From: Microbotryum violaceum
Lineage: Eukaryota
DNA length: 64,000 bases
Reading direction: 5' to 3'
Assembly: GCA_001244265.2 (NCBI GenBank)
Contig: CDLV01000015.1
Span: 868,001 to 932,000, forward strand
In this document: piece after piece, positions 1 to 12,612 of the stretch
How positions within the stretch are numbered: the first letter of the stretch is position 1
Layout: the number at the start of each line of letters is the position of its first letter
Translations under genes and position numbers: made by a program
Notes under the pieces: generated by a model
Told to the model about the DNA's origin: nothing
Database searches by the model: none
What the model saw: the letters and a program-made list of their open reading frames with translations, nothing else

Positions 1-664
1 CGCTTGGGACCGGGATCTAGAGTCGGCATCTGGAGTCGGGCGGGACCTTTCAGATCTTCTTTTCAGAGCATGCCGGAAAGCTTATCCCCACCTCGGACCC
101 AACAGCGAACCCAACAGCTTGTATTTATGTACCCCCAGTATATGTCCGAGCGAAAAGTAACAGAAATATGTAGTCTATTCCATGCTCTACAGGCTGGCGT
201 CTCCCCGCGAAGTAGCAAGCAAACGTGAGGAAGGCTCACTGCAGTGAAAGCGGTCCGGCAGCCGCCCGGAGGAGCCAGGGGTAGCCTTCGAGAATAAAGG
301 GAACCCTCCGTCTATCTCTTTCTCGGGTCGGATCTTGGTGAGCGAAGCACCATAATAAATCGCCATATCTATAGCCACGCGCTGAATTTATGTCCTATCA
401 TGATGTGAGCAAAACAGCTGCAAGCCTGCGGTTAATAGGGTACATGTACAAGCATACACGTTCGAGGGCCGCACAGGAACGGTGCGGTTAGGGTTCAGTA
501 GTTGGCAGGGAGGTAGGCTCCTGCAGAGTGTCGGCTTGAGCCTCGAGTGAAGAGGCCGTGTCTGTTGACGTCGTCTAGGGTCTCAACCTCGTAAAGGGGG
601 TTCGGTCGGGGACGGCGGATCCCGAAAGCGACGTCCCCCTGTTAGGGTGGTGTGCATGTAGGGC

Positions 665-1224
665 CTCGTTCGCCAGCGCGTGCTCGCCTGAAAAGGTTGA
701 CAGGGATTCTTCAAAACGTTTCAGGAGTAAAGCATACATCATAGCCATGACTGGGCGACGAGATCCCGGAGGGAGTGGTGGTAATAATACCACATTCCAC
801 GGTCGCGTTCATTTCTTAAGCCCGCGAAATCTGCTTTTTTTTCCGGTTTAGTGGAGTTTTAGGCCATCTTAGAAATGAACGCCCCGCGAGCGCGCGGCCG
901 CGTTTAGCCACTCTGAAACGCCCCACCACCCACCCCCAACCCCCATTTGTACTCCCCAGCCTTGACATGTCGTTCGGAAAACCCGAGGTCAACTTATCCG
1001 GCCCCTTCTGCGCACTGCCCGCTCCGGACTGGGATTTAGCAGTGCATGGACGATGTGGAGCGGTGCTCCAACCGGCTCATCGCTCGACGCGCATCCCGAA
1101 CGAGTTGCCACCACTTCCTCCCGAAGCTCGTCACCCCGTCATGGCCATGATGGACTCGTCGCTTCTGAAACGCGTCGAGCAGACCCTGGCCGCCTTCTTG
1201 GACGAGCACGAGCTCTCGAGCGCC
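665..1224. repeat. Diverged inverted duplication of the kinase gene's first exon (arms ~665-784 and ~1105-1224)
   Basis: Minus-strand LPPLPPGSRRPVMAMMYALLLKRFEESL matches plus-strand LPPLPPEARHPVMAMMDSSLLKRVEQTL, and the DNA aligns. Confidence 0.85.
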
Positions 1225-3270
1225 GTCCTCTCCAAGAATGTGGAGCTGCTGAAGCAGACGCCAGCCGCGCTCCTGTGTACCCGCGGACCTACGTGCACCG
1301 CTATCATCCACGACCTTCGGATCCGAGTGCTCGAGCCACTCCTCCAATTCCTCCTGAACCAACTGGAGCTAAAAAGCAACCGGGGCGTCCCCAAGTCCGC
1401 ACTATCGTCTCCAGTTTCGCCCTCAGGACCCGTCCCAGCCGGATGGAGTCACGTTGGCCTTGATGAAGGATCGTCCTGGAACGTGCGTCGCTCTAATGGT
1501 TATCCACTTTGAGGAGGATGACAATTTCCTCTCCTTTGGCCCTCAAATCAACCTGTTCGCGCGAAAAGGCGAGTGCAGGTATCACCTTCACCACGATCGC
1601 CCGATTCCTCTCCAGAACGGCGGCAGAAGTCATGGAGCGCAAGCCATCTTGAACAAGGTCTAACCTCTGAAACTGAGCTTATACTGGTGCCCACTCCACT
1701 GATGACCTCGTACTTTGACTTCTTGTTCAGCTGGCGTTGCTGATGGAATCGGCGGTCGAGCGCCACCCCGAGACCGGCGAGGTCATCGTTCCTGTACGAT
1801 TCGGCATGATCCTCAGCACTCAACTGGGCATCTTTGCCGAGGCCAGTGCGTACCCGTCTCGTGTTTTCGTTCTCGCCCGCGCACAGAGCTTATGTGATTT
1901 GCGCTTTCCCAGTTGTGAAACCGCAGAACCCCAACGACTTTGGGCTCATTTACTCGCCGCTGTTTCACACAATAGGCGCGATACACTATCTCGATAGGGA
2001 GACCTCCTTCACGCTCACACGTGGATCTGTAGCACTTATGTTTCTTGCGTCGATGATCGATCACCTCGCTAAAATCCCTGAGCCTCTTTTCGAGGTCGTA
2101 CAAAGGCTTTTCGGTCAAGCCGACCCAAGTAACGCCAAGAGATGGACGTTCCAGCGGAAGCCGAGGAGACGCATGCTCAAAACAGGATGGACCCCACCAT
2201 CGAGCGTGGAAGTCTTCTCTGTAGACGACTATCGTTTTGAAGCCAAACTGAGTCTCGCAGCCTTGCCAGTACGTCCGCGCATTACGACTCTTCTTAAGAT
2301 TGGAACCGCCCTTGATGGCCATGTTCTTCCCATGTCGTTCAGCCTCGAATCTCCATCAGCAATGGCAGGATGCCACAAACGCGGGGTGGATACGAAGCCG
2401 TCACTTTCGAAGTCGTCGAGACTGGCCCAGCTCAAGACAACAGTTCAAAGAAGCACAAATCCGAATCGACGAAGCACCAACCGTGTCAGCGCCTGTGCAC
2501 CTTGCCCCCAGCCTTGGGAAGGGTCCCTGTCGGACTTGGTCGATGTAGAACCACAGTCACTTCCGCATTTAGTGCTCCCCCAGTTCATTGCAGAGGGTGG
2601 CTTTGCTGTTGTACGTGCGGGTTTGTTGATCGGTAGATCGTCTGTGCCGGACTTGTCCATGGACGAATATCTCTCGTCTTCGATGGACGAACAGCAACAC
2701 AGTGACTCGGACGCCGACACCGAAATGCATACTGCGGAAGCCGATCGACTTGGTTCATCGACCTGGATTCCCCGCACGTCCATTCCGACGGATCAAGCGG
2801 TGGTATTCAAGTCTTTCTGGGATCTTCCGAGTGCCGTGCACGAAGCCTTGTTCTATGAACACGTCTTTCCGCTACTGCCCAGCGAGGCCCGCGCTTTACT
2901 CCCGACCTATCATGGTGCCTATCGAGATCCTAAAGGGACCGATCTGGGAATCATTTTGGGATACGGAGGCCGGCCGATCCACAAGAAAGAGGTGGACGAG
3001 GTCCTCAAGAAGAAAGTGGCGTGAGTCTGGTTGCGCGGATGTCCTGGTCTCCTCTCGCCGTGGGCTTTGCAGCTGACGTTGTCAACGTCTCGCGCGTGAT
3101 ACAGCGACGCATTCAGAGTCTTCGACAAATGCGGCGTCGAGCACATGGATCGAGAACTGCGCAATGTCCTTGTACGCAACGACGGATCGTTGTGCATCAT
3201 CGACTGGAACCTCGCGAGACTCAATTTTGATCGTCGCTTCCTCGAGTATGGGACAGAGTTCAGGTGGTGA
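967..3270 (+). CDS. Multi-exon atypical protein kinase-like protein (C-terminal kinase-like fold, uncharacterised N-terminal domain)
   Basis: ORFs 967-1512, 1454-1663, 1737-1997 and 1834-3024 can be joined by GT..AG introns. The last exon (~3105-3270) reads GVEHMDRELRNVLVRNDGSLCIIDWNLAR (HxDxxxxN catalytic loop plus a DW metal-binding motif). Upstream FIAEGGFAVV, VVFK and HEALFY match kinase subdomains I-III. Confidence 0.7.
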
Positions 3271-4134
3271 GGTGATGCTGAGGAGGGTGGGGTCCCAGTG
3301 CGAGAGGTGTAAAATTGAATGTACGTCATTCGATGGTCCGCGTCACTGCGTAGGGGGTCGAAATTGATCCAGCTTCCACCAAATCGGGACCGACCGAGTC
3401 GGGTCTTCCGCCGGGTGGTAGACCGGACCGAGCCATGCGCTCCGACGACCTTGTCGACAGATTCGGCGGAAGCATTTACCAGCACTTAAAAAAGTTTGCA
3501 AGGGGCACGGGAGATCGACCAGCCTCTTCTTTCTCTGCTGTCAACCGTGCCGCCCGCGTTCGAGCATACAGAGGCTGAAACCGAAATTTCTCATCGTTCC
3601 GTAACCATGTGGTCCAACCCCGGGCTCCACATCGTCTCGGGATCCTCCACTCGCCAGTTCTCAAGATTACCGACCGCCTCAACCTGGACGATCGTGCTCG
3701 TCGCTATCCTGCCAATCCGATGGCACTCCTGATGCTGGGCCGGAGTCTGAGCCATCGCTTCGAGGTCGACCGCCTGAACAGCACCACTGGGAACACCTTG
3801 ATCAAAGCGACCATCTCGCATCGCCCTCGCTCGCTATGCCCTCGGAGGCGCAGATCTCTTCGGAACACAGTGACCTAACTTCCGACACCCATTCGGCGTA
3901 CAACTACGAAAAACAAGGTGAGCAGCCCCGCAAACGCTTTTATTGGCTTTGCTATTGTCCTCGTATTGACACTGCAGTACACAGAGCAGAAGGGGCTCGC
4001 TTCCGTGATCCGCCGTCCCCAAAACCCTGCGACGTGGCTGAGGCCCCAGACGAAGTTAATGGACACGGCCACTTTACCTCGGGGCACAAGATCACGCCGG
4101 TGCTCTGCAGGAATCCACCTCCTCGCCAACCACT

Positions 4135-4406
4135 GTGACACCAGCTCAAGCCTACAAGCAAAAGTGGGAGGGATCTGGCGGGCTCTGTGTTGTCGGGATT
4201 CTCGAGCCAGAATGCCCATCGAAGAGTTGTTGTTACAGTCGGAGGCTTCATTATAGCGTCTCTTCGGGGAAATCTCCAACTGTAGCGGCATTTTGTTTTC
4301 TTTGCCCTTCTTCAAGATTGCCAGTCCCTTCTCGCTCGAGGATCCCAACAACAAATATCCCGCCAAATCCCTCGCACTTTCGCTTGTAGACTTGAGTTGG
4401 TGTTAC
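4135..4406. repeat. Diverged fold-back (hairpin) repeat
   Basis: 4135-4216 (TPAQAYKQKWEGSGGLCVVGILE) is the reverse complement of 4327-4406 (TPTQVYKRKCEGFGGIFVVGILE). An inner pair, tacagtcggaggcttc / gaaatctccaactgta, closes the hairpin. Confidence 0.8.
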
Positions 4407-4876
4407 GAGTTCAACGTGGACCAGTGGACGAGCCCGACGCGGCCACCATTGCCAAGTTGTGCGGTCCGATCCCGCGACCATCTGCTTCGACAGGCGACCT
4501 GCAGACGACTTCTTCATCTTCTGAGCTCGACTCTGACATTCGGCCAGAGTACCAACCTCCTGCTGAGAAACGCTTGCAGCCTACTCTGATATCTTGTTGA
4601 AACCCCCTCCGTCTAACCTAGGGTTCCATGACCAGAACCTCGACAACTACCAAAGAGGCCCAGGAGGTCCGGGGCATAGGCAAAGTCTTCACCCTTAGCT
4701 CGATTGGCCTCAGGCACCATACAGGCGCTCCTACCTCTTCGGCAATTGATTCTGAGACCTAGTGTAGCCTCAAAGAGGCTCTTGGCGAGGTCTGCCCCCC
4801 CCCCCCCCCCCCCTTCAAATGTCCACCACCGACTGATATAATTCTGCTGCGGTTGACAAACACTTCCTCCTGGCCC

Positions 4877-5700
4877 CAGCTTGGATTCAGTGCGCACCTT
4901 GCATCAGCTTGTATTCAGTTGCCCCCCTCCCTTCATCAGCTTGTATTCAGTCGGCCCCTCGCGTTTACTTCACCCAAGTCATGGTTGTAATCTCAATTTG
5001 TTTTACTACGTCTCCGTCGGCGCCCCAGGCCCCCCATCTACGTTCGAGAGTGACGATAAGTCAAGTCTGCTCAGATGTTTACTACCTCTTCACTACCTCT
5101 TTGCCACCTCTTCACTTATTTTTTGGTAGAAAAACGTGTCGATTCGCGACTCATGTATTTAAATACGCTGTATTCGACTGTGTTGCACAGACGGCCCTCC
5201 GTGTTGGGAACGTGCCAGCATACTGTTGGGTCTGCCACACCTGCTTGTAGTATCGGCGTCCCGATCGAAAGTCATGTACGTGCATACTATGTACCATTCG
5301 TTACAGTCCTTTTAAATGTCTGAGCGGTTTATTTGGGTTTTGATATATAGCAAGTGCATGGGCTTGCTTGACATTTCTTCTACAGAGCGTGTCTCGGATT
5401 TCGAACCACAGAAAGAAAACAAGCCTCGCCGGGATGGCCAAACTAATGACCTTGCAAAGAGGGGAACCGGCACCAGCACAATGACCAACGCGTGCTGTGG
5501 TACTCGGAATCCCATCGGAGTCATTTCGGACATAGCAGGCCGGGTTCAGGAGTCATTTCGGACAAAGCGGGCCCCGTCAGGAGTCATTTCAGCTGTAGCG
5601 GGGTCGCGTCACTTTAGCGGGGTCTGTGGTACTCGGGATTCCGTCGGAAGCAGCGGTTGTAGCGGAGTCGTTTCGGTCGAATCAGGGTCGGGAGTCGTGT
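4877..5700. repeat. Short periodic repeat clusters, probably a transposon relic
   Basis: cagcttg(t/g)attcagt occurs three times at 4877-4951. ggagtcatttc occurs three times at ~5517, 5549 and 5580, with degenerate copies at 5664 and 5691. tgtggtactcgg occurs twice. Confidence 0.6.
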
Positions 5701-6274
5701 TAATTAAGTGCCCTGCTATTCGCGCGATTAACCTGATTCCATTTTAATTTCCACTAGTCCGGGCAGGATCAAAACGCCGGTTTCGGCAGATTTCTCAGCG
5801 ATTAAGCGGTCCCAGATAAACTCAGTACTTCGGTGACTCGAGGATTGGCTGTCAGCGACAAATCATGTGGCGGGATTTGAATGGAAGACCGGGCCGGATG
5901 CGCGGATGAAGGGATGAAGGGGAATGAAAGGAGTGCAGCGGTACGAATGGTCGGAACGTTTGAGGGGAGTTTGCTTCTTGTTTTTAACGAGACCACTTCT
6001 AGGATCCAATACAGCATCTTAGCTGGCTCTGCGTGTTTCCAGTCTCGTCTCTCCTCTCCAGTCTCCAGTCTCCAGTCTCAGCGTTTCGTTCTCGTACTCG
6101 GTTTCGTTTCTCGGTTTGGGCCCCTTTCTCTTCCCTGTCTCTCGGCCGTTCCGGTCGGTCTCTTGTCTCTCGCCTCCCTCGTCTTCATTCTCGGTTCCAT
6201 CGTTTTCCCTTGTCATTACATATCATCTTTGATTGACCGCTTTGCTATACCATAGTGCAATGAGGAGCCAATCT

Positions 6275-7364
6275 GTCAACGACCGCTTTGGGTGCGGAAC
6301 ATAGGCATATCTCGACCGGGTTGGCTGCGGCGTCAAGGACGAGGTCCAATCTTCGATGATGGCGCGTCTGACGGCGATTCCCGTTGCGTTCAACTCGACT
6401 GAGGCAGAGTTCCAGAAGAGCTTTAGCTTATTCCGACAACACGTCGTGGAGCCGTCCCTTCAGATTGTGGCCCAAAACTAAAGGTTTGGGGGCCGCCTCA
6501 TTGCTAGGCAGCTTGAGGCTTCGCCAGCGCGCCGGTACAATCAGGAAGGCGACCTCGACTTTTAGGAACCTGAGGCCCGAGGCACGATGTACGTAAGCAC
6601 GAGAGCCGAAGAAGATAGTAAAGATAGTTGGAGAAGAGAGAGAAGCGCTAAGGGCGCGCGCACTTGGAAGGCTAGAGGCGCGCGCGCGGCTAATATCAAC
6701 AACTAGATACTAAACTATTCTAAGTGGGATGAAACAGCAATACCCTATTGACATCGACCTCGTCTTGCTGCATTTTTCGGACAGTGCCGTCTCCGAGGCA
6801 GGCAAAAGGCAAACCGTCTCAGTCGTCTGCGTCGAGTGTAAGCCAGATGATGTCTTGCAAGGCTACACCCTGCCGCAAGAAGTCAAGGATCCGGGGCTCT
6901 GCCTCGGGGATGACGTCCGGTCGAGATCAACATAGACACGCCTGAGCAGGCCCTAGAACACAGCGAAGCCATCCTCGCCAAGGTTTGCCGAAGTGGTTCC
7001 ATCCACTCACACTCGACGCAGACGACTGAGATGGTTCGTTTTCTGCCTGCCTGGAAGACGGCATCGCCCGAAGTATGCACCAAGACAAGGTCGAGGTCGC
7101 CTTCCTGATTGTCTCGGCGTGTTGGCGAAACCTTGAGCTGTTTAAACGGACCGGTGGCCGAACCTTTGGCCTGGATCACAATTTGAAGGGACGACTCCAC
7201 GACGTATTGTAGTAATGAGCTGAAGCACCTCTGGAACTCTGCCTCATTCGAGTTGAATGCGACGGGAACGTGGTCAAACGAGCCATCATCGAAGATTGGA
7301 CCTCGTCCTTGACGCCAACCCGGTCGAGGTAGGCTTCTGTTCCGCGCCCAAAGCGGTCGATGAC
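6275..7364. repeat. Fold-back duplication of a decayed gene fragment (arms ~6275-6841, interrupted by a solo LTR, and ~7007-7364)
   Basis: Both arms encode DRFG..T.AYLDRVG..VKDEVQSSMMARL and DLVL.H.S..AV..AG...T.SVVCVEC in opposite orientations. Confidence 0.85.
6560..6753 (-). mobile_element. Solo LTR related to the Copia LTR at 35581
   Basis: 5-bp TSD TCGAC at 6555-6559 and 6754-6758; ends ...TGACA. Shares acgagagccga, gatagtaaaga, ctaatatcaacaactag and aagtgggatgaaacagcaata with 35581-35783. Confidence 0.9.
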
Positions 7365-8263
7365 GGATTGAGTTCTCATCGCACGCGTCGGCCGTTGTGC
7401 TGGTGCCGGTTCCCCTCTTTGCAAGGTCTTGAGCTTGGCTGTCCCGGCGAGGCCTGTTTTCGTCTTGCGCATCACGACCTGCTTTCCCGCGCTATCGACG
7501 CGTTCCGTGAATCTCTCAGAGCTGAGAACGAGACGACCATCGTAGATGACATAGTGCGTAAAGAGATGTGGAGATTGGGAGGGACGAGGGACGAGGGAGG
7601 TGCAAGGAAAGCGACGCGTGAGCCGTGAGCGCTTGATCGGCGTCAGCAGGGCAGGGTCATCGCGTGCGCGCGTCGAATGTGATCTTCGCAGGGTTTTGGC
7701 CACGCTGCGACCTCCTGTGTGCGAAGTCGACGTCAACGCGCCGGTGGGCAGAAAGGAGAGAGTGTGATTGGCATGAGTGGGATCCCATGGGGATAGCGGT
7801 TCCGAGCATCTTAGTGGGGCGGCGCCGAGGGCTTTTTACATGCTATTTCAGTTCGCCATACCACGAGCACATCGCAGCAACGCAATATCGCCCAAAAGTT
7901 GAAGCGGGCAGTTCATGGCTTGGAGGAAGACCTTCCGCATTTTGCACCTACGAACTTCTCTCCTCACACCTGGCTCATGATAACATGTTCAGTAAGGTTG
8001 TCAGAATACGATAATTGAACAGGAAGCTTCTGATCCCATCAAAGAGAAGAAGCGAGCAAGGAAGCTCGAGCGATGAACTGCGCATCATTCCTCACCGAAT
8101 GCGCCGACAACCAAGGAACAATCGGCCCTACATCATGATTCGCATACACCGCAAAGTCGCATTACAGATACACTCAGCCTCTTCGGACCACCTCCACAAC
8201 AATCAACCACCCGCCCACAAGCTGAACGACGCTCCCCCTCCCACATCTCAGCGTGCTCCCGCC

Positions 8264-10396
8264 TCAAGCTTGCCAAATGAAATGCGTCGTCAACTCGACT
8301 CCATCTGATGAGGATCCGACAAAGCTCAAATCAAATCAGAAACTCGAACCAAGCAAGTTCAAACCGTATGTGGGACCACTTACACGAACTAGGCGAGACC
8401 TGCACGACGTCGCCTCGGCGCAATTCGACGTTGGGGATCTCTTGCGGTGTCAGGCCCTGTACGGACCGAAGGAACGCCGAGACATCAGCACCTGTCGCTA
8501 AATGGTCAGTCTAGTGGGCTCTCGTATGTACCTGGAGATAAGCCATGACGCAACGAATCACCGAGGCATGGCCAATAAATAGGATGTCGGCCGGCTCGCG
8601 CTCAAGTTCGAGGATCACCGGTTCCAACCTAGCACAAGGGCAAGCATTAGCATCGTCAATATCCACCCAACAAGTGGAAAAAAAGTCCACTCACCTAACG
8701 CTCAGATCGTGGTATGACTCGGCCCTAGGATATCGATGACTATACGGTGCGAGCTGATGCGCCTTGAACTCATCGGGGAACATCTTCTTAATCTCGTCCG
8801 GCTCCATCCCGTCAATCACGCCGGGGTTCAACTCGTACATCTGTTGCCTCTCGATGACCTTGTACCCTATCTCTTGCAAAGGACGACACGTCGAAAGGCA
8901 GCGGTTGCGCGCGGAGGTCCAGATCGTGAGACGACGTTCGGTCGCGCGCTCACCGGCTTTGACGCGTTCTTGCAACAGTTCGGCACGTTTCGAGACAATA
9001 AAGCTGCGTAGATTTTCGGCGTATTCGATGCCTTGCGGGGAGAGATCGGCGTCGGCTTTGTAAGAGTGCTCGATCAGGGAATGACCCGACTGCGCAAAGC
9101 GAGTTAAGAATGCGACGTCAGCAGCGAGTACCTCGACTCGGATCTAATACAATGGCATACCCTGGCAAACCAGATGGTCCTCTTCTTGTGATGCACGTTC
9201 ATCAGGTAAAACACGATCCGACTTTGCAGGTAGCCGCGCACGTTGTTGACGACGAGCCTTTCGCCGACGTTGTAGATCTTGACGTAGGCGCCAATCTCCG
9301 GTCGAAGGGTCTCGTAGTGACGTTCATGTTGGGCAATACGGGACAGATAATCGGCGACGGCTTTCTCTTGATCCCACCCGGCGTACTGAGGAGAGGGAGC
9401 ATCGGATCAGACGAAGTTGATGACGATCAGAGTTTGAGACATCAGCACGTGAGGACGCACGTCAGGGGAGCTGATCTTGACTGATCGAATGTTGGACTCT
9501 ACGATATCGGCCCTATCGCAGATGTTTTCTGCGAGGTGGTGTACAGTGGTCAGGTCAGCCTAGGTGTGCGCTACAACGGTTGCCGCTCGCTAACTTTATG
9601 AGGCTGGGTGACCAGTGCTCACCGATAAAGATGACGCTGACGCCCAATTTTTCAAACTTTTGTCTTATGGCTATCCTCATCGATCGCTTGCCATTCTGTG
9701 AGGCTCGAAGCAAAGCCCCGTGAAGAATCGAGTTAGCAAAACATTGATTTTTCCACTGCACCTCGCCGAGCACTCACGTTCGCATCGTAGATGGCGACCT
9801 GACCATTGCGTTGGTTGAAGAAAGAAATGATCTCTGTTTCTAGACTGTCCTTGACGCGTGAACGTAGTTGTTCCGTTTCGGCACAGCGCCCTTCGGTGTA
9901 GAAATAGTCTTTGGGCAGTTTGGCCGACGGTCCGAGCACTCGTCTTCGGTGGTCACCGAGGGAGAAGACTGTGGGGAGCGCGGGAGTCAGTCGGACTGAC
10001 ATGCTGTTAATAGTGTGATAGTGGTGCTCACCTTCAATCTTTACTCCGAGCCATCGTAGGTAGCGTTCGACGGACCGCGAGACGTGTCTGGGGAGACGGA
10101 TGAGATGTTCGGGGGGGAGGGCGTCAGCGCATGCGACGACCACGTGATGGTCTGAAATGGAAACTGACGTCTTTCCTCGGGCTAGAAGAAGAAGGCCAAA
10201 AAGACAAGACAGGAGCGGGTAGGTCAGCAAGAAGAAAGGGCGAGGGAAGCCTTGTCGGTCATCACTCCCCCACTTTGGGACAAGAGTGGGGGCGAGCTGA
10301 TCAAGGTGACCTACCAGGCAGTCCTACGAATGCGAGTAGGATCTGGCCTGCATGGTAGAGTCGACCACTGTCGGTCGTGTACAAGGGTGCGGCCAT
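8264..10396 (-). CDS. 6-phosphofructo-2-kinase/fructose-2,6-bisphosphatase family protein (YLR345W-like)
   Basis: Spliced exons read MAAPLYTTDSGRLYHAGQILLAFVGLP, ARGKT, HVSRSVERYLRWLGVK, QVAIYDAN, LQSRIVFYLMNVH, ELNPGVID and YPRAESYHDLSVRLEPVILELER. Confidence 0.9.
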
Positions 10397-11007
10397 GCGA
10401 ATCCGAGTCGGTCTCGTCTTGTCGCGGGAGTGGTGCTGATCAGAGTCCGCGCAAGTGAAAGTGATCGAAGATGTGCAGGCGTGCGTAGCCGGAAGCGCGA
10501 AAGAGCTGAGCGCCAAGGCAGCCAAGCCAAGTTGAATCGGCCTAACGAGTCACGAGCTTTATTCGGGAAGATCGATCTGGGCTCGGCAGAGGTGGCTACG
10601 TCGTACGAGCGCGGGAATAGGAGAGAGTCGCACCCACGCGCGGGCGGGGCGGATTGAGGCCGGCGTTTAGCACCAGTTAGCGCTTATTAGTAATGCTGCG
10701 CGCCGATCAATATCAATGACGCGCGCCGATCAAGAGCACGGACGTGGACCCTGTGCGACGGACGACCAACCGCACGCCACAGATCGACCGCGGACCAACT
10801 TTGGGAAGAGTCAAAAAAACACGGCGATCACGTTCCGAGTGCTCCAAGTCGTCCGCGCTCGTTCTGCAGTGGCTTCTCTCCTTTTTCACCTCATCTTCGC
10901 TCTCACTGTCACCCACACCCCGTGTGTACGTGCTAACCAAACACTTATACGCCCATCAAGTCGAAATCAACCTGCAAGGCAAGCGCCGAGATCCACACGA
11001 GCAGCAG

Positions 11008-12612
11008 ATGAAGCAGTACAACGAACAGCAGCGCGATCAGTCGTCGAGAGGAGCTTCTTCCGCCTCCGTCTCCGGCTCCGGCTCCGGCTCGGGCTCGGGC
11101 TCGGGAGCGACCACCCCCTTCAACAACGACACTAACAGGATCGTAGGGTGAGTCACCAGTGACCGTCTGATCCGCTTGATGTTGGTGTAGCTCAAACGGC
11201 TGCCATGCTCCCACAGTGACGACTCGAGAGCGGTGTCGCCCTCTCCGAAGCAGAGTCCGTGCGAACCCGAGCCCGAGTACTCGCCTGCATCCTTTGCTCC
11301 CCTCGTCAAGAAGCTCGTCCTCCATCCCTCGACCTTCACCTCGGTCGACGTCTCGCTCGCCTTCCAACACCTCGCCGTCGAGGCCGGTGCAGCCCCAGCC
11401 CAGATCGGAGCCTTCCTCGCCGCTCTTCGTTTCTCCGGCAAGGATGGCAACCCTCTGATCGTCGCAGAGTGTGCCAAGGTGATGCAATCAAACGCCGTCA
11501 CCGTCGACGTCGGAGAAGGTCTGGGTGAAGGCCCCGTCTGCGATATCGTCGGCACGGGAGGAGACGGCCAGAACACGTTCAACGTCTCGACCACGGCCGC
11601 GATCGTCGCGGCGGGTGTCGGATGTAGGGTCTACAAGGTCAGTCTTCGAGATGTACCAAGTATTCTAGGTGTCTCTGATGCTCCCAATCCATTTGCGCTG
11701 ACATCGTACCATGTCTTTGCATGCCCTAACCTCACCCCCCCACCCCCCCACATTTTCTTCTCGCCCCCCACCTTCTCCGTGCGAACCCCCTCTTCCTCGC
11801 ACTGCACTCATTCAGCATGGCAACAAAGCCGCGACCTCCTCCTCCGGTAGTGCCGACATCCTTATCTCCCTCGATTGCCCCGTCACGCTCATCCCACCCT
11901 CCTCCCTCTCCGAGATCGCCTCCTCCTCCCGTTTCCTCTTCCTCTACGCCGCCACGTACCACCCTTCCCTCGTTCGTCTCGCTCCGATCCGCAAATCACT
12001 CCCCTTCCCTACCATCTTCAACGCCTTGGGTCCGTTGATCAACCCAGTCAAACCCAAGGCTATGATCGTTGGCGTGCATTCGAAACACCTCGGGGAAATC
12101 TTTGTCGAGGCGTTGAGGATCACGGGCGTCAAGAGGGCTTGGGTCGTTTGTGGGAGGGAAGGTTTGGACGAGATCAGTATTCAAGGCGAGACGGATGTAA
12201 GTCATTCCTTGTTTCGCACGAACCAAAAAAACCGGGCGTGCAAACTCATTAGCGAACCAACTTTTGTGATCAGATTTGGGATCTCAAAGACGATACCATC
12301 ACCCCTCGTGTGATCCATCCCACGCGTGACTTTGGTCTTCCCTGCTCCCCACTCTCTCTCGTATCAGGCGGATCACCCTCGGAGAACGCGTCGGCCCTCA
12401 ACTCCCTCCTAGACGACCAACTCGGCCCTTCCAACCCCATCGAAAATTTCGTGGTGCTCAATACCGCAGCGGTGTTGATCGTTGCTGGGAAGGCCAAAGA
12501 TGGGTTCGAAGGTGTTGAATTGGCGAGGAAGAGTCTCAAGAATGGGAGTGCGAAGAAGGCTTTGAATGACTTTAGGGACGTCGCTAAGAAGGTCGTCGAG
12601 AAGGGTCAGTAA
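11008..12612 (+). CDS. TRP4: Anthranilate phosphoribosyltransferase
   Basis: Motifs [53 protein letters not shown] and GREGLDEIS. The start codon is uncertain and there is a Ser/Gly-rich N-terminal exon. Confidence 0.95.

Noticed and set aside
3480..4130. Possible transposase relic
   Set aside because: No diagnostic motif could be read with confidence.
4877..5700. CRISPR-like repeat-spacer appearance
   Set aside because: Eukaryotic context, repeats too short and few, and no cas genes.
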